In this document: positions 1 through 8,332 of the stretch, in pieces
How the letters are laid out: every line of letters starts with the position of its first letter
Numbering within the stretch: position 1 is the first letter of the stretch
Translations under genes and position numbers: made by a program
Notes under the pieces: generated by a model
What the model saw: the letters and a program-made list of their open reading frames with translations, nothing else
The model's database searches: none
What the model was told of the DNA's origin: nothing
Assembly (NCBI GenBank): GCA_964444015.1
Contig: CAYUFH010000003.1
Span: 9,180 to 41,073, forward strand
Reading direction: 5' to 3'
DNA from: an uncultured Gammaproteobacteria bacterium
Lineage (GTDB): Bacteria > Cyanobacteriota > Vampirovibrionia > LMEP-6097
DNA: 31,894 nucleotides

Positions 1-706
1 GATTCTCTAGTGTAGCTATGGTTACTGGTTCTGCTGATTTTGCTTCAATATCTGCTTTTAGTGAAAGTAAGAGATTGGACTTGCCTTGAGCTGCAGGTTC
101 AGTAATAATAACTAGGCGTTTAGCTAAATTAGCAAGCAGATCAGGATCCGCTCCAAGACTAGCTTTGCCCATAGACTTAGCTAGGTAATTGATTATAGTA
201 CTGGTGTTGCGTGTAACCTCATCGGTGCTACCTGACTTAGATATAAGAATAAAGGCAGTTTTATCCAGCTCACCCGCTACATCCAATTTAACTAAACGTG
301 CTTTAAGGCTACTAGGGTCTAAATTGTTTTGAACTATAATTTTTAGGCTTTGAGTTCCGGTTGCAAAACTACCAGCTGAAGATGCGGTAAATTCTTGAAG
401 GGCATTTTGCAAAACTAATGAATTGATTCCAGAGCCGCCCATACCCACCACTAGTGCAGTGCGTAGTCCACGTTTTTTGATATCCTGAGCCAAAGCTTTA
501 GTGCTTGGATTAATAGCCTTAAGGTAAGCAAAATCTAGCCATTTAAAATACTCAAGTTTAGAGTTGCTACTATTAGCCTCACTCAATGCTGTGCGTAATT
601 CACTAAACTTAGGGGCTAATTTCTCTTTATATTCCTGTAAATCCTTGCCAAAGTTTTGTTCTAAAGCCTCAATATTCGTCCTAATTAATGTCTCAGTTTT
701 AACCAT
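1..706 (-). CDS. pgi: Glucose-6-phosphate isomerase, N-terminal part (runs off the left edge; absent from the ORF track)
   Basis: My translation from ATG at 706 is open to base 1: MVKTETLIRTN...ALVVGMGGSGINS...QNNLDP...ILISKSGSTDE. These match the SIS-domain PGI motifs GxGGS, NxDP and SKSGxTxE. Confidence 0.85.
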   Translation of the reverse strand, partial: MVKTETLIRTNIEALEQNFGKDLQEYKEKLAPKFSELRTALSEANSSNSKLEYFKWLDFAYLKAINPSTKALAQDIKKRGLRTALVVGMGGSGINSLVLQNALQEFTASSAGSFATGTQSLKIIVQNNLDPSSLKARLVKLDVAGELDKTAFILISKSGSTDEVTRNTSTIINYLAKSMGKASLGADPDLLANLAKRLVIITEPAAQGKSNLLLSLKADIEAKSAEPVTIATLEN

Positions 707-841
707 AATCTAGCCCAATATTAGCAGCAATTTAGGCATGAAATCAGCTAAATAACCTAGTTTATTATCTAGAAGATAATACTTTTGACTGGAAGATAAG
801 ACTCTTAATTTGGGCTTAACTTGAGGGTATTATGATAAGTA

Positions 842-893
842 ATACACACCCCCCTCATTAGGAGCGGTCTGCCTACTCGGACCGCTCTTTTTT
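842..893 (+). ncRNA. Candidate ~50-nt small RNA with a C-rich 5' segment
   Basis: TATGAT at 831-836, then ATACACACCCCCCTCATTAG, then a + strand hairpin with a U-tract. No + strand ORF precedes it. Confidence 0.3.
862..893 (+). terminator. Intrinsic terminator-like hairpin
   Basis: GAGCGGTC (862-869) pairs with GACCGCTC (880-887), followed by T6 on the + strand only. Confidence 0.65.
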
Positions 894-1617
894 ATTTAGT
901 TGATTTTTTCATCATAAATATTCCAGCGGCAGCCAGGCCAAGCCCAATCAAATTAGTAAATTTGAGGAATTGACCTTTAATTAGATTAAGCGCTAGGGTC
1001 CCTAGACCAAGTACAGTTGCAATAATTCCAGCCCAAGGTTTTGATTTTGTTTCTGCTTTAGGAATATTAGTATCAGTATTTATTTTGCCTGTTTCAACTC
1101 CTTGTGCAAGGATTCTTGCTGCGGTGGTAGTTGGTCTTGTTACAGAGTCCTTAAGAGTTTGTACTTTGTAGCCTAAAGTTTGTAGCTGACTAATGAAATT
1201 AAGTAGGGCATCGCAACTTTGTTGATTCTGTAGAAGCCCCATCATTTGCTGGATAGAAGCTCCGCTGACGAAGAACTTTCCAGACTCATCACTGAAGTGC
1301 TTGCTGAAGTTTTCGATACTGAAAGGGAAAGAACTAGCTTTAGCCATCTCCGCTATCTTGCCAAGATTGTTGTCTTTGGCTGCAGTTTCAAGAATTGAAT
1401 GCAGTTCTTTTAAAAAATAAACTGAAACAGATTTGAGAATTTTTTCATTGTTACGTCCTAGTTGATTAAAATCTTCATCAACAGTGCTAGATTTAGTATC
1501 AATAGGGTTGTCAATTTGTTCTATAAATTTACGGGCCTCGGCAGCACTCTTATTGAGGACCTGAGCTAAAACGTTAATTACAGAGTCTGCGATTTGCACT
1601 GAATTAAATGGTATCAC
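892..1617 (-). CDS. Hypothetical protein with a C-terminal two-helix hydrophobic hairpin
   Basis: 241-aa ORF. C-terminus: WAGIIATVLGLGTLALNLI-KGQFLKFTN-LIGLGLAAAGIFMM-KK. No family recognised. Confidence 0.7.
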   Translation of the reverse strand: MIPFNSVQIADSVINVLAQVLNKSAAEARKFIEQIDNPIDTKSSTVDEDFNQLGRNNEKILKSVSVYFLKELHSILETAAKDNNLGKIAEMAKASSFPFSIENFSKHFSDESGKFFVSGASIQQMMGLLQNQQSCDALLNFISQLQTLGYKVQTLKDSVTRPTTTAARILAQGVETGKINTDTNIPKAETKSKPWAGIIATVLGLGTLALNLIKGQFLKFTNLIGLGLAAAGIFMMKKSTK

Positions 1618-1679
1618 AGTATATATACGTATTGCAAGTTTACCTGTAAATCAGCTCTAGTAGAGCAATTCACGATATT

Positions 1680-2546
1680 TTAGTTGTAATGTACCAAATC
1701 CCGTGACACCCTAAAGCTTAGTAAAGTCGCAAGCAGAACCACTAAAAACAAAACCCAAGCTAGGGCGGAAGCGTAGCCCATTCTAAAATCATCAAAAGCT
1801 ACTTGGTAAGCATAAAGTGAATAAAACATAGTTGCGCCTTGTGGTCCACCAGAAGTCATCACATAAGCTGGAACGAAATATTGGAAAACTTGAATCAAGC
1901 CAACGGTGACATTAAAAAAAATCGTCGGTGATAGCATCGGTAATGTAATATGCCAGAGTTTGGTAAGAACTCCTGCACCATCAAGCTCAGCAGCCTCGTA
2001 CATAGATTGAGGAATATTTTGCAAGCCAGCCAGATAAATAACTATAGGATTACCTAAGGACCAAAAACTCATGATGATCAGCGCAGGTAGGGCCCAATGC
2101 GGGTCGGCAAGCCACATTGGTGAATTCATACCTAGAAGCTTATACAAAGGTGCCAGCAGATTATTCAGCAAACCAGTTTCATCAGCCTTAAATACCCAAG
2201 ACCAAACTACGCTAGAAGCAACTATAGGAATAATAGTAGGTAGATAAATGAGGCTACGATAAGTACTTTGTCCTATAACTTTTTGATTCAGAGCAATTGC
2301 AACTGCAATTGCAAATAGTGTTCCTAGAGGTAAAGCCACTACTGCAAAACTCAAGGTCACCTTAAGAGAGTTCCAAAACATTGGATCACGACTCAGCATT
2401 TCAGTATAATTAGCAAGACCAAGCCATTGAGGTGCATTTAAGCCATCAAAGCTAGTCAGCGAGAGCCAAAGACTAGCAAGTATAGGTCCAAGTAGAAACA
2501 GAGTAAAACTGATCAGCCAGGGAATAAGAAATGCTATAGCTATCAT
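1680..2546 (-). CDS. Carbohydrate ABC transporter permease (CUT1, MalF/UgpA-like)
   Basis: Multiple TM helices, EAA loop YEAAELDGAG, and TSGGP motif. Start overlaps the sdhB stop (TAATG). Confidence 0.9.
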   Translation of the reverse strand: MIAIAFLIPWLISFTLFLLGPILASLWLSLTSFDGLNAPQWLGLANYTEMLSRDPMFWNSLKVTLSFAVVALPLGTLFAIAVAIALNQKVIGQSTYRSLIYLPTIIPIVASSVVWSWVFKADETGLLNNLLAPLYKLLGMNSPMWLADPHWALPALIIMSFWSLGNPIVIYLAGLQNIPQSMYEAAELDGAGVLTKLWHITLPMLSPTIFFNVTVGLIQVFQYFVPAYVMTSGGPQGATMFYSLYAYQVAFDDFRMGYASALAWVLFLVVLLATLLSFRVSRDLVHYN

Positions 2547-3289
2547 TACTTAGACAAGAAACTAGTAACTGCGTGTACTGTAGCTTCACGATTAGCACGC
2601 GCAATACTTTCGGTAAGAGGAATTTCTTTAGGACAGGCTTTGACGCACTCTTGAGCATTACCACAATCGTTAAGACCATTGTCTATTAATGCTTGGATAC
2701 GATTAGCTTTATCGCTCTCGCCATTAGGATGGCTATTGAATAGTACTGCCTGTGATATCGCTTGCGCACCGATAAAACTATTTTCGTAAGTCCACTGCGG
2801 GCAAACTTCCAAGCAGCAACCACAAGTCATACAACGACTAAGAATATAGTTCTGTTCTTGCACGCTAGGCATCACAGTTGGACCTTCGCCTAAATCATAG
2901 ATGCCATCTACATTGATCCATGCTTTTACTTTTTTGAGATTCTCGAACATTATTGATCTATCTACTACTAGATCACGTTTAACTGGAAACTTAGACATTG
3001 GTTCAAGTTTGATTGGTTGCTCGAATTGATGAACTAGAGCCGTGCAAGCTTGGCGAACTTTACCGTTGATAACCATGGTGCAGGCACCACAAACTTCTTC
3101 TAAACAACTAGATTCAAAACAAACTGGAGTCGTCGCTTTACCATCTGTGGTTTGCGGATAAGCCCGAGTTGCCATCAAAAGAGAAATGACATTCATGCTT
3201 GGCTCAAGTGGCACCTCGAAGTTGTCATAATATGATGCACCATCAGGAGTATCTTGTCTTTTAACCTTAAACTTAACCGTTTCTGCCAT
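2546..3289 (-). CDS. sdhB: Succinate dehydrogenase/fumarate reductase iron-sulfur subunit (Bacillus SdhB-like)
   Basis: Cys clusters CLEEVCGACTM...C, CMTCGCCLEVCP and CGNAQECVKACPK. Confidence 0.93.
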   Translation of the reverse strand: MAETVKFKVKRQDTPDGASYYDNFEVPLEPSMNVISLLMATRAYPQTTDGKATTPVCFESSCLEEVCGACTMVINGKVRQACTALVHQFEQPIKLEPMSKFPVKRDLVVDRSIMFENLKKVKAWINVDGIYDLGEGPTVMPSVQEQNYILSRCMTCGCCLEVCPQWTYENSFIGAQAISQAVLFNSHPNGESDKANRIQALIDNGLNDCGNAQECVKACPKEIPLTESIARANREATVHAVTSFLSK

Positions 3290-3297
3290 ATATAGTA

Positions 3298-3303
3298 ATC
3301 ATA
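3298..3303 (-). promoter_or_regulatory. Putative -10 box (TATGAT), 8 nt before the sdhB ATG
   Basis: Minus strand reads TATGAT-tactatat-ATG; no Shine-Dalgarno. Confidence 0.5.
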
Positions 3304-3320
3304 CCCTGAGCCAACTCTAT

Positions 3321-3414
3321 TGTCATCGCGAGCGGTAAAGCAGCGTGGCGATTCATTTAATGGATTGCTTCGCTGCGCTCGCAATGACAGAAGCTACGCT
3401 CCTTACAATGACAG
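3321..3414. repeat. Palindromic REP-like element, family A (full hairpin plus a degenerate extra arm)
   Basis: GTCATCGCGAG (3322-3332) ... TGGATTGCTTCGCTGCGCTCGCAATGAC (3361-3388), then CTTACAATGAC (3402-3412). Lies between divergent sdhB and smpB. Confidence 0.85.
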
Positions 3415-3419
3415 ATAGA

Positions 3420-3425
3420 TATAAT
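3420..3425 (+). promoter_or_regulatory. Putative -10 box (TATAAT), 8 nt before the smpB ATG
   Basis: TATAAT-aagtaaat-ATG; no Shine-Dalgarno. Confidence 0.55.
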
Positions 3426-3433
3426 AAGTAAAT

Positions 3434-3943
3434 ATGGGCCGCGCCAAACAACAAAAGAAACTTAAAGAAATGCGTGCCGCAGCAACTAAGAGCGGCAAGG
3501 CTACCGTTGCCCAAAACCGTAAAGCAGCTTTCGACTATAAATTAGGCAAAGAAATAATCGCAGGTATAGTCTTGCAAGGCACAGAGGTTAAATCTGTACG
3601 TCTAGGACAAGTTCAACTTAAGGGCTGCTACGCCAAAATTATCGACAATGAAGCTTGGTTGTTTAACTGCCAAATCGCGGAGTATAGTCATGGCTCATAT
3701 AAGCATGACCCCGCGCGTGCCAAAAAACTACTACTCAAGCGCGCAGAATTAGAGCGCATAGAGTTTGAGCTAGCCACTACTAATAAGACCCTAGTCGCTA
3801 CTAAGGTATTTTTCAGAGGTAACTACGCCAAAGTCAACCTAAGTCTAGCTGAAGGTAAAAAGCAGCACGATAAACGTGACACGCTTAAACGCAAAGCGCA
3901 GCAGCGAGACATAGACAGAGAAGTGTCAAAGTATAATCGTTAG
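3434..3943 (+). CDS. smpB: SsrA-binding protein SmpB
   Basis: NRKAAFDY, AGIVLQGTEVKSVR, RAKKLLL and KKQHDKRDTLK motifs. Confidence 0.97.
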   Translation: MGRAKQQKKLKEMRAAATKSGKATVAQNRKAAFDYKLGKEIIAGIVLQGTEVKSVRLGQVQLKGCYAKIIDNEAWLFNCQIAEYSHGSYKHDPARAKKLLLKRAELERIEFELATTNKTLVATKVFFRGNYAKVNLSLAEGKKQHDKRDTLKRKAQQRDIDREVSKYNR

Positions 3944-4479
3944 GAAATAAACTGCAAGCCATCTAGATACTGAGAAAATACTTTTTGTAGATGCTCGATC
4001 ACTTTCGGGTGACCATGACTTTCTGCATCGCCATCATTATGTAACCAGATCAAGCCTTCAGCAAAACTAGTGCGCATTTTAAATAGAATGCCGCCTTTTT
4101 GTCTTTGTTCTTGGCTGATCTCATCACCATTCTTCGCAAACCAATAGGTAAGTTTGTCACCATTGGTTTTGAGCTCTACTACTTTCTCAAGAATTTTACT
4201 TGCATCGAATAAATAAATATATTCGGTGCCGTCTGGTTTAAACTCATGCATTGCTGGCAAGCCTTTAGAGTCTTTCTCCATATGAAAAATCTTGGTTCCA
4301 TCTGGACAATGCTCGATAGCAACTTCAATACCTTCAAGATCCTTAGTGAAAACCACATTGTTGCCGTTAGCTTGTTTATTAAAGCCAAGCATTTGACCTT
4401 CAGCATCACTGATATAGCTAACATTAGCCATAGATTGTTTGAAAATGAATTTGTTCTCGATTTCTTTTACTTGAAGCAT
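3940..4479 (-). CDS. Hypothetical protein with ~23-aa beta-hairpin-like repeats
   Basis: 179 aa with periodic xPDG/xNG turns. SD-like GAGGGA upstream of the ATG. Confidence 0.7.
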   Translation of the reverse strand: MLQVKEIENKFIFKQSMANVSYISDAEGQMLGFNKQANGNNVVFTKDLEGIEVAIEHCPDGTKIFHMEKDSKGLPAMHEFKPDGTEYIYLFDASKILEKVVELKTNGDKLTYWFAKNGDEISQEQRQKGGILFKMRTSFAEGLIWLHNDGDAESHGHPKVIEHLQKVFSQYLDGLQFIS

Positions 4480-4560
4480 AATTGTTTAGGTCCCTCGTTG
4501 TGAGTATATAAGGTCGATCTCCAGAGAGGTTTGATAGTCTCAAAACTAAATATTTTTAAG

Positions 4561-4588
4561 CTAAAAGCTTGTATTACAAGCCTTTTAG
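4561..4588. promoter_or_regulatory. 28-bp near-perfect palindrome (operator or terminator-like)
   Basis: CTAAAAGCTTGTA-T-TACAAG(C)CTTTTAG, between the exonuclease stop and the 4479 promoter region. Confidence 0.35.
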
Positions 4589-4627
4589 GGGTTTTTACGG
4601 GTTATTTGGGGCTAAGGTTAAGAGCTC

Positions 4628-5371
4628 TTAACTTGCTGGCTGTTTTAGTTGAGAGAGAATCTCATTAATAAAGCGACGCTCAGAAACCGTAGTGTCATCT
4701 AAACCATTGATCCATTTGAGGTAACCATCGTGCACTAGTGAGACTTTTTCAGCTTTATGTTTGCCTTGCTTAAAATAGGTGGCTTGGTCTTCTTTAACTT
4801 CAAACCATTTACCAAGTACAGAGGTACTCCCAATAGTCTCGCGTTCTACATGCTCATAACCGTGGCTAAAAAGTTCTGGGTATTTGATTTCTTGCTGCTC
4901 TAATATCTCACGAGTCGCACGAATATCGACAATAGCATTGTGAGCATTCTCTAGTGGTTTACCAGTGTAGTAATGATAAGCGTTACTAAGATTATGCGGA
5001 AACATTTTACGGAAAATCTTATAAGGATCTATAAAAGTATAATTACGTTCATTAAGATCGAACCCTATACTGCGATTCAACTCTGACTGCAAAAACTGAA
5101 AATCAAAAATCCCATTATAGGCAACGAAAGCCTCAGCTGCGGTTAGCATATCGCGAACCCGCTCAGCTACTTCACCAAACTTAGGTGCATCTTTGACCAT
5201 GGCATTAGTAATGCCGTGAATAGCAGTTGCTTCATCAGGAATTACTCGCTCTGGATTAATAAGCGAAGAAAATTCTGTACCATCGATATTGATGATAGCG
5301 ATTTGACAAATACGGTCTTTAACAGCGTCTACGCCAGTAGTCTCTAAATCTATAAAAAGTTTTTTAGTCAT
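4628..5371 (-). CDS. DEDDh 3'-5' exonuclease (DnaQ/ExoX-like)
   Basis: Exo I DLETTG, Exo II YNGIFD, Exo III HNAIVD; extra C-terminal FKQGKHK...DGYLKW segment. Confidence 0.88.
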   Translation of the reverse strand: MTKKLFIDLETTGVDAVKDRICQIAIINIDGTEFSSLINPERVIPDEATAIHGITNAMVKDAPKFGEVAERVRDMLTAAEAFVAYNGIFDFQFLQSELNRSIGFDLNERNYTFIDPYKIFRKMFPHNLSNAYHYYTGKPLENAHNAIVDIRATREILEQQEIKYPELFSHGYEHVERETIGSTSVLGKWFEVKEDQATYFKQGKHKAEKVSLVHDGYLKWINGLDDTTVSERRFINEILSQLKQPAS

Positions 5372-5394
5372 ATTGTTAGCTCGATTCTATCACG

Positions 5395-5431
5395 GTCATT
5401 AAATGGATTGCTTCGCTACGCTCGCAATGAC
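5395..5431. repeat. Family A REP-like half element overlapping the bioF 3' end
   Basis: TGGATTGCTTCGCTACGCTCGCAATGAC (5404-5431), the exact reverse complement of the copy at 17710-17737. Contains the bioF stop codon. Confidence 0.85.
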
Positions 5432-6597
5432 GAGATTAATTTATCGATCTGTTCGTGATTATGCCTAGAGCTCATAGATATGCGCAATCGTGCTTGCTTA
5501 ACAGTAGGCGGGCGTATGGGTGTAACGAAGATACCAGCTTTGCGCAGCTTAGCAGCTACCGACATCGTCCTATCAGTATCACCAACGAAAACTGCAAATA
5601 TTGCTGTCATATCGTTATAGACTTTGGGTTTAGTATCCTCTGAAGCAATGGGGCTCGCTGATTTGTAGATAGTAAAACCTTTGGCGTTAATAGCTTGGCG
5701 AAAATATTCAATATTATCGACTAGCTTATCTCTGCGTCCAGCTAGCTCACCATCATAAAGCCTAGTAATGCGCTCATAAGCTTCAGCAATAACAATGGGA
5801 GCAGCAGCAGTGCTGTATATAAAAGTCCTAGCTTTATTGCGCAAATAAGTAATTAACTCTGCTGAGCCAGCAATATAAGCGCCTTCAAGTCCAATAGCTT
5901 TAGAGAAAGTGCCCATTTGCACTTCAACATCACCGACCTTAAGTAAACCCTCATCCATCAGCTCTTCCACTAGGCCAGCTCCGCGTGCGCCCAGCACCCC
6001 AGCTCCATGAGCCTCATCTACATAGAGGCTTGCATTGTATTTGTTAGCTAAAGCTGAGATCTCAACTAAGGGCGCTCTATCACCATCCATGCTAAAAACA
6101 GAATCAGTGATAATCAGCGCTTTAGCTCCTTCACAGCGAGATTTAACTAATAGCTCTTCAAGATGTTTATAATCATTGTGACGAAAAATACATTTACGTG
6201 TCTTGCTAAGCCTAATACCATCATAAATACAAGCATGCGCCACTTCATCAACAAAAACTATGTCACGCGAATCTAGTAGAACACTAATAGCACCAAGATT
6301 AGCCATATAACCACTACTGAATAATATTGCCGCTTCGGTTTTTTTCCAACGTGCGATAAGCTTCTCTAGATCAAGGTGTATCTGATGAGTACCAGTGGTT
6401 AGCCTAGAACCAGTACTGCCGAAACCATCTCTGTGACCTGCATTGATAGCGTAGCGTTCATTAGCTAGCCCTAAATAATCATTACCACTAAAACTTATTT
6501 CACTTGCAGTAATAACTTTATCTTCAATATTACGAAAAAGATTAGTATTTTTGAGTTCTTGATTAACTTTGGTTAGGAACTCACTAAGACTCTGCAT
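5416..6597 (-). CDS. bioF: 8-amino-7-oxononanoate synthase (PLP-dependent)
   Basis: FSGNDYLGL, GSTGSRL, FSSGYMAN, DSVFSMDGD, VDEAHG, GTFSKA (PLP lysine) and IRPPTV motifs. Confidence 0.9.
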   Translation of the reverse strand: MQSLSEFLTKVNQELKNTNLFRNIEDKVITASEISFSGNDYLGLANERYAINAGHRDGFGSTGSRLTTGTHQIHLDLEKLIARWKKTEAAILFSSGYMANLGAISVLLDSRDIVFVDEVAHACIYDGIRLSKTRKCIFRHNDYKHLEELLVKSRCEGAKALIITDSVFSMDGDRAPLVEISALANKYNASLYVDEAHGAGVLGARGAGLVEELMDEGLLKVGDVEVQMGTFSKAIGLEGAYIAGSAELITYLRNKARTFIYSTAAAPIVIAEAYERITRLYDGELAGRRDKLVDNIEYFRQAINAKGFTIYKSASPIASEDTKPKVYNDMTAIFAVFVGDTDRTMSVAAKLRKAGIFVTPIRPPTVKQARLRISMSSRHNHEQIDKLISSLRA

Positions 6598-7249
6598 AAA
6601 GCTTATTATAGCTAGTCCAGCGTGTGAATAATTCGTGATCTAATCCGAAGGCATCTAAAGTTTTACCTAAAACAAAATTAACTTGATCTTCGATAGTTTG
6701 AGGGTGCTGGTAGAAACCTGGCGCTGCTGGCAGCACTATAGCTCCGATCTCACTAAGCGTAAGCATATTGCGCAAATGAATAGTGCTTAGCGGAGTCTCT
6801 CTCGCTACTAGAATTAACTTGCGTCTCTCTTTAAGCACCACATCAGCAGCTCTTGCAATTAGGTTATTGCTGGTACCCGCTGCAATATTAGCAATAGTAC
6901 CCATGCTGGCTGGAGCAATAATCATGCCTTGGGTCCTATATGAGCCACTAGAAATACTTGCTGCTATATTACGGTGATGCCAAAGATTTAAATTAGTAGC
7001 TAGTTTGCCATCAAGAGCATTACCGCGTTTAATTTGAAACCATTTGGCGATTTGTGTTTTAAATTCATTATCATCAAGTCCGCGCAAATCTATGCCTAGT
7101 TCATGGTAGGCAACCTCACGAGCGTTCTCTGAGTAAACCAGCTCTACTTGAAAATCATGAGCAAGTAAAAATTCTAATAGACCCAGTCCATAAACCGCGC
7201 CACTGGCACCAGTTACACCGAGAACTATAGGGAGCTTAGCTTCTTGCAT
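6584..7249 (-). CDS. ubiX: Flavin prenyltransferase UbiX
   Basis: GVTGASGA, ASISSGS, PASMGT, RAADVVLKERR and RETPL motifs. Confidence 0.94.
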   Translation of the reverse strand: MQEAKLPIVLGVTGASGAVYGLGLLEFLLAHDFQVELVYSENAREVAYHELGIDLRGLDDNEFKTQIAKWFQIKRGNALDGKLATNLNLWHHRNIAASISSGSYRTQGMIIAPASMGTIANIAAGTSNNLIARAADVVLKERRKLILVARETPLSTIHLRNMLTLSEIGAIVLPAAPGFYQHPQTIEDQVNFVLGKTLDAFGLDHELFTRWTSYNKLYAES

Positions 7250-7257
7250 CTCTATTA

Positions 7258-7278
7258 ATTCTAGCGTATTGGTATAAT
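7258..7278. promoter_or_regulatory. Back-to-back -10 boxes in a 37-bp divergent gap
   Basis: Minus strand TAGAAT (7263-7258) is 8 nt before the ubiX ATG. Plus strand TG-G-TATAAT (7270-7278) is 8 nt before the TTG at 7287. Confidence 0.55.
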
Positions 7279-7286
7279 TTACAGCC

Positions 7287-8255
7287 TTGAGCGCTCCTTA
7301 TCTCACATTGAATCAATACCTCAAACAACGCTTTGGCGGCGGGGTTCAGCGTGTCACTCTAGAGGGTGGTTTTACTTGTCCTAATCGTGATGGTACTAAG
7401 GCTATTGGTGGTTGCACATTTTGTACAGATGAGGGCTCTAGCTCGTTAGCGCAAAATGCTACTGATACTATTCGTGCTCAACTATTACAAGGCATAGAAG
7501 AGCAAGGCAAGCGTTTCGGTGTTGATAAATTTATTGCTTATTTCCAGTCTTTTAGTAATACCTACGCGCCGGTAGACGAATTGCGTAGACTCTACGATCA
7601 AGCGATAGATCATCCTGCGGTGCGCGTGCTAGCTATAGGTACTAGGCCGGATTGTGTTGGTGATGATGTCTTAGGATTATTGAACGAGTATGCAGGTTTA
7701 GTGCGTGATGGGCAAGAGCCGTTAGAACTATGGGTAGACATTGGTGTTCAAACTAGCCACAACATCACTCAAGAGCGCATTAATCGTGCCCATACTTATG
7801 AAGATTTTGTCGATGCTGTTCAGCGACTAGCTGCTCTCAAGAATCCGCATCTTAAGATTTGCACTCATCTAATCTTGGGCTTGCCTGGTGAAACGCGTGC
7901 AATGATGCTAGAGACTGCCGAGCGCCTCGCGACGCTACCCATAGATCATCTTAAAATCCACCAGCTCTGCATCTTTAAAGGTACGCCGATGGAGATTGAT
8001 TACCTCAATGGCGAGCTTACAGTTTTTGAAGAGCAAGAATATATAGAATTACTAGCTGAGTTTCTAGCACGCATACCAGCACACTGGGTAATACAGCGGG
8101 TTATGGGCGAGGGTCCGCGCGGAGAATTGATTGCACCAGAATGGGCGATGAGCGGGAAGAAGCAGCAGTTTCTGAGTCATTTACACAATTACTGTCAGGA
8201 GAAGAATTTAAGTCAAGGCTGTCATTGCAAGCAGTCTTCGTCATTGCGAGTGTAG
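7287..8255 (+). CDS. Radical SAM protein, YhcC/TIGR01212-like
   Basis: CPNRDGTKAIGGCTFC (Cx12Cx2C), YFQSFSNTY, IGTRPDC and HLILGLPGET motifs. Confidence 0.9.
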   Translation: MSAPYLTLNQYLKQRFGGGVQRVTLEGGFTCPNRDGTKAIGGCTFCTDEGSSSLAQNATDTIRAQLLQGIEEQGKRFGVDKFIAYFQSFSNTYAPVDELRRLYDQAIDHPAVRVLAIGTRPDCVGDDVLGLLNEYAGLVRDGQEPLELWVDIGVQTSHNITQERINRAHTYEDFVDAVQRLAALKNPHLKICTHLILGLPGETRAMMLETAERLATLPIDHLKIHQLCIFKGTPMEIDYLNGELTVFEEQEYIELLAEFLARIPAHWVIQRVMGEGPRGELIAPEWAMSGKKQQFLSHLHNYCQEKNLSQGCHCKQSSSLRV

Positions 8256-8260
8256 CAATC
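8221..8260. repeat. Two degenerate family A arms forming the radical SAM C-terminus
   Basis: GTCATTGCAAG (8221-8231) and GTCATTGCGAGTGTAGCAATC (8240-8260); the latter contains the TAG stop. Confidence 0.7.
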
Positions 8261-8302
8261 AATTAACAGCAAAACTTAGATTCTGCACTCATGGTTGATA
8301 GC

Positions 8303-8332
8303 GCAAAAACGTGACGCCGGTCACGTTTTTGC
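8303..8332. terminator. Bidirectional intrinsic terminator between convergent genes
   Basis: AAAAA-CGTGAC-GCCG-GTCACG-TTTTT within a perfect 13-bp inverted repeat; one arm overlaps the last nadA codons and stop. Confidence 0.75.

Noticed and set aside
3193-3384. 63-aa minus ORF (MRAQRSNP...)
   Set aside because: It starts in a family A repeat and overlaps sdhB in another frame; a repeat-derived chance ORF.
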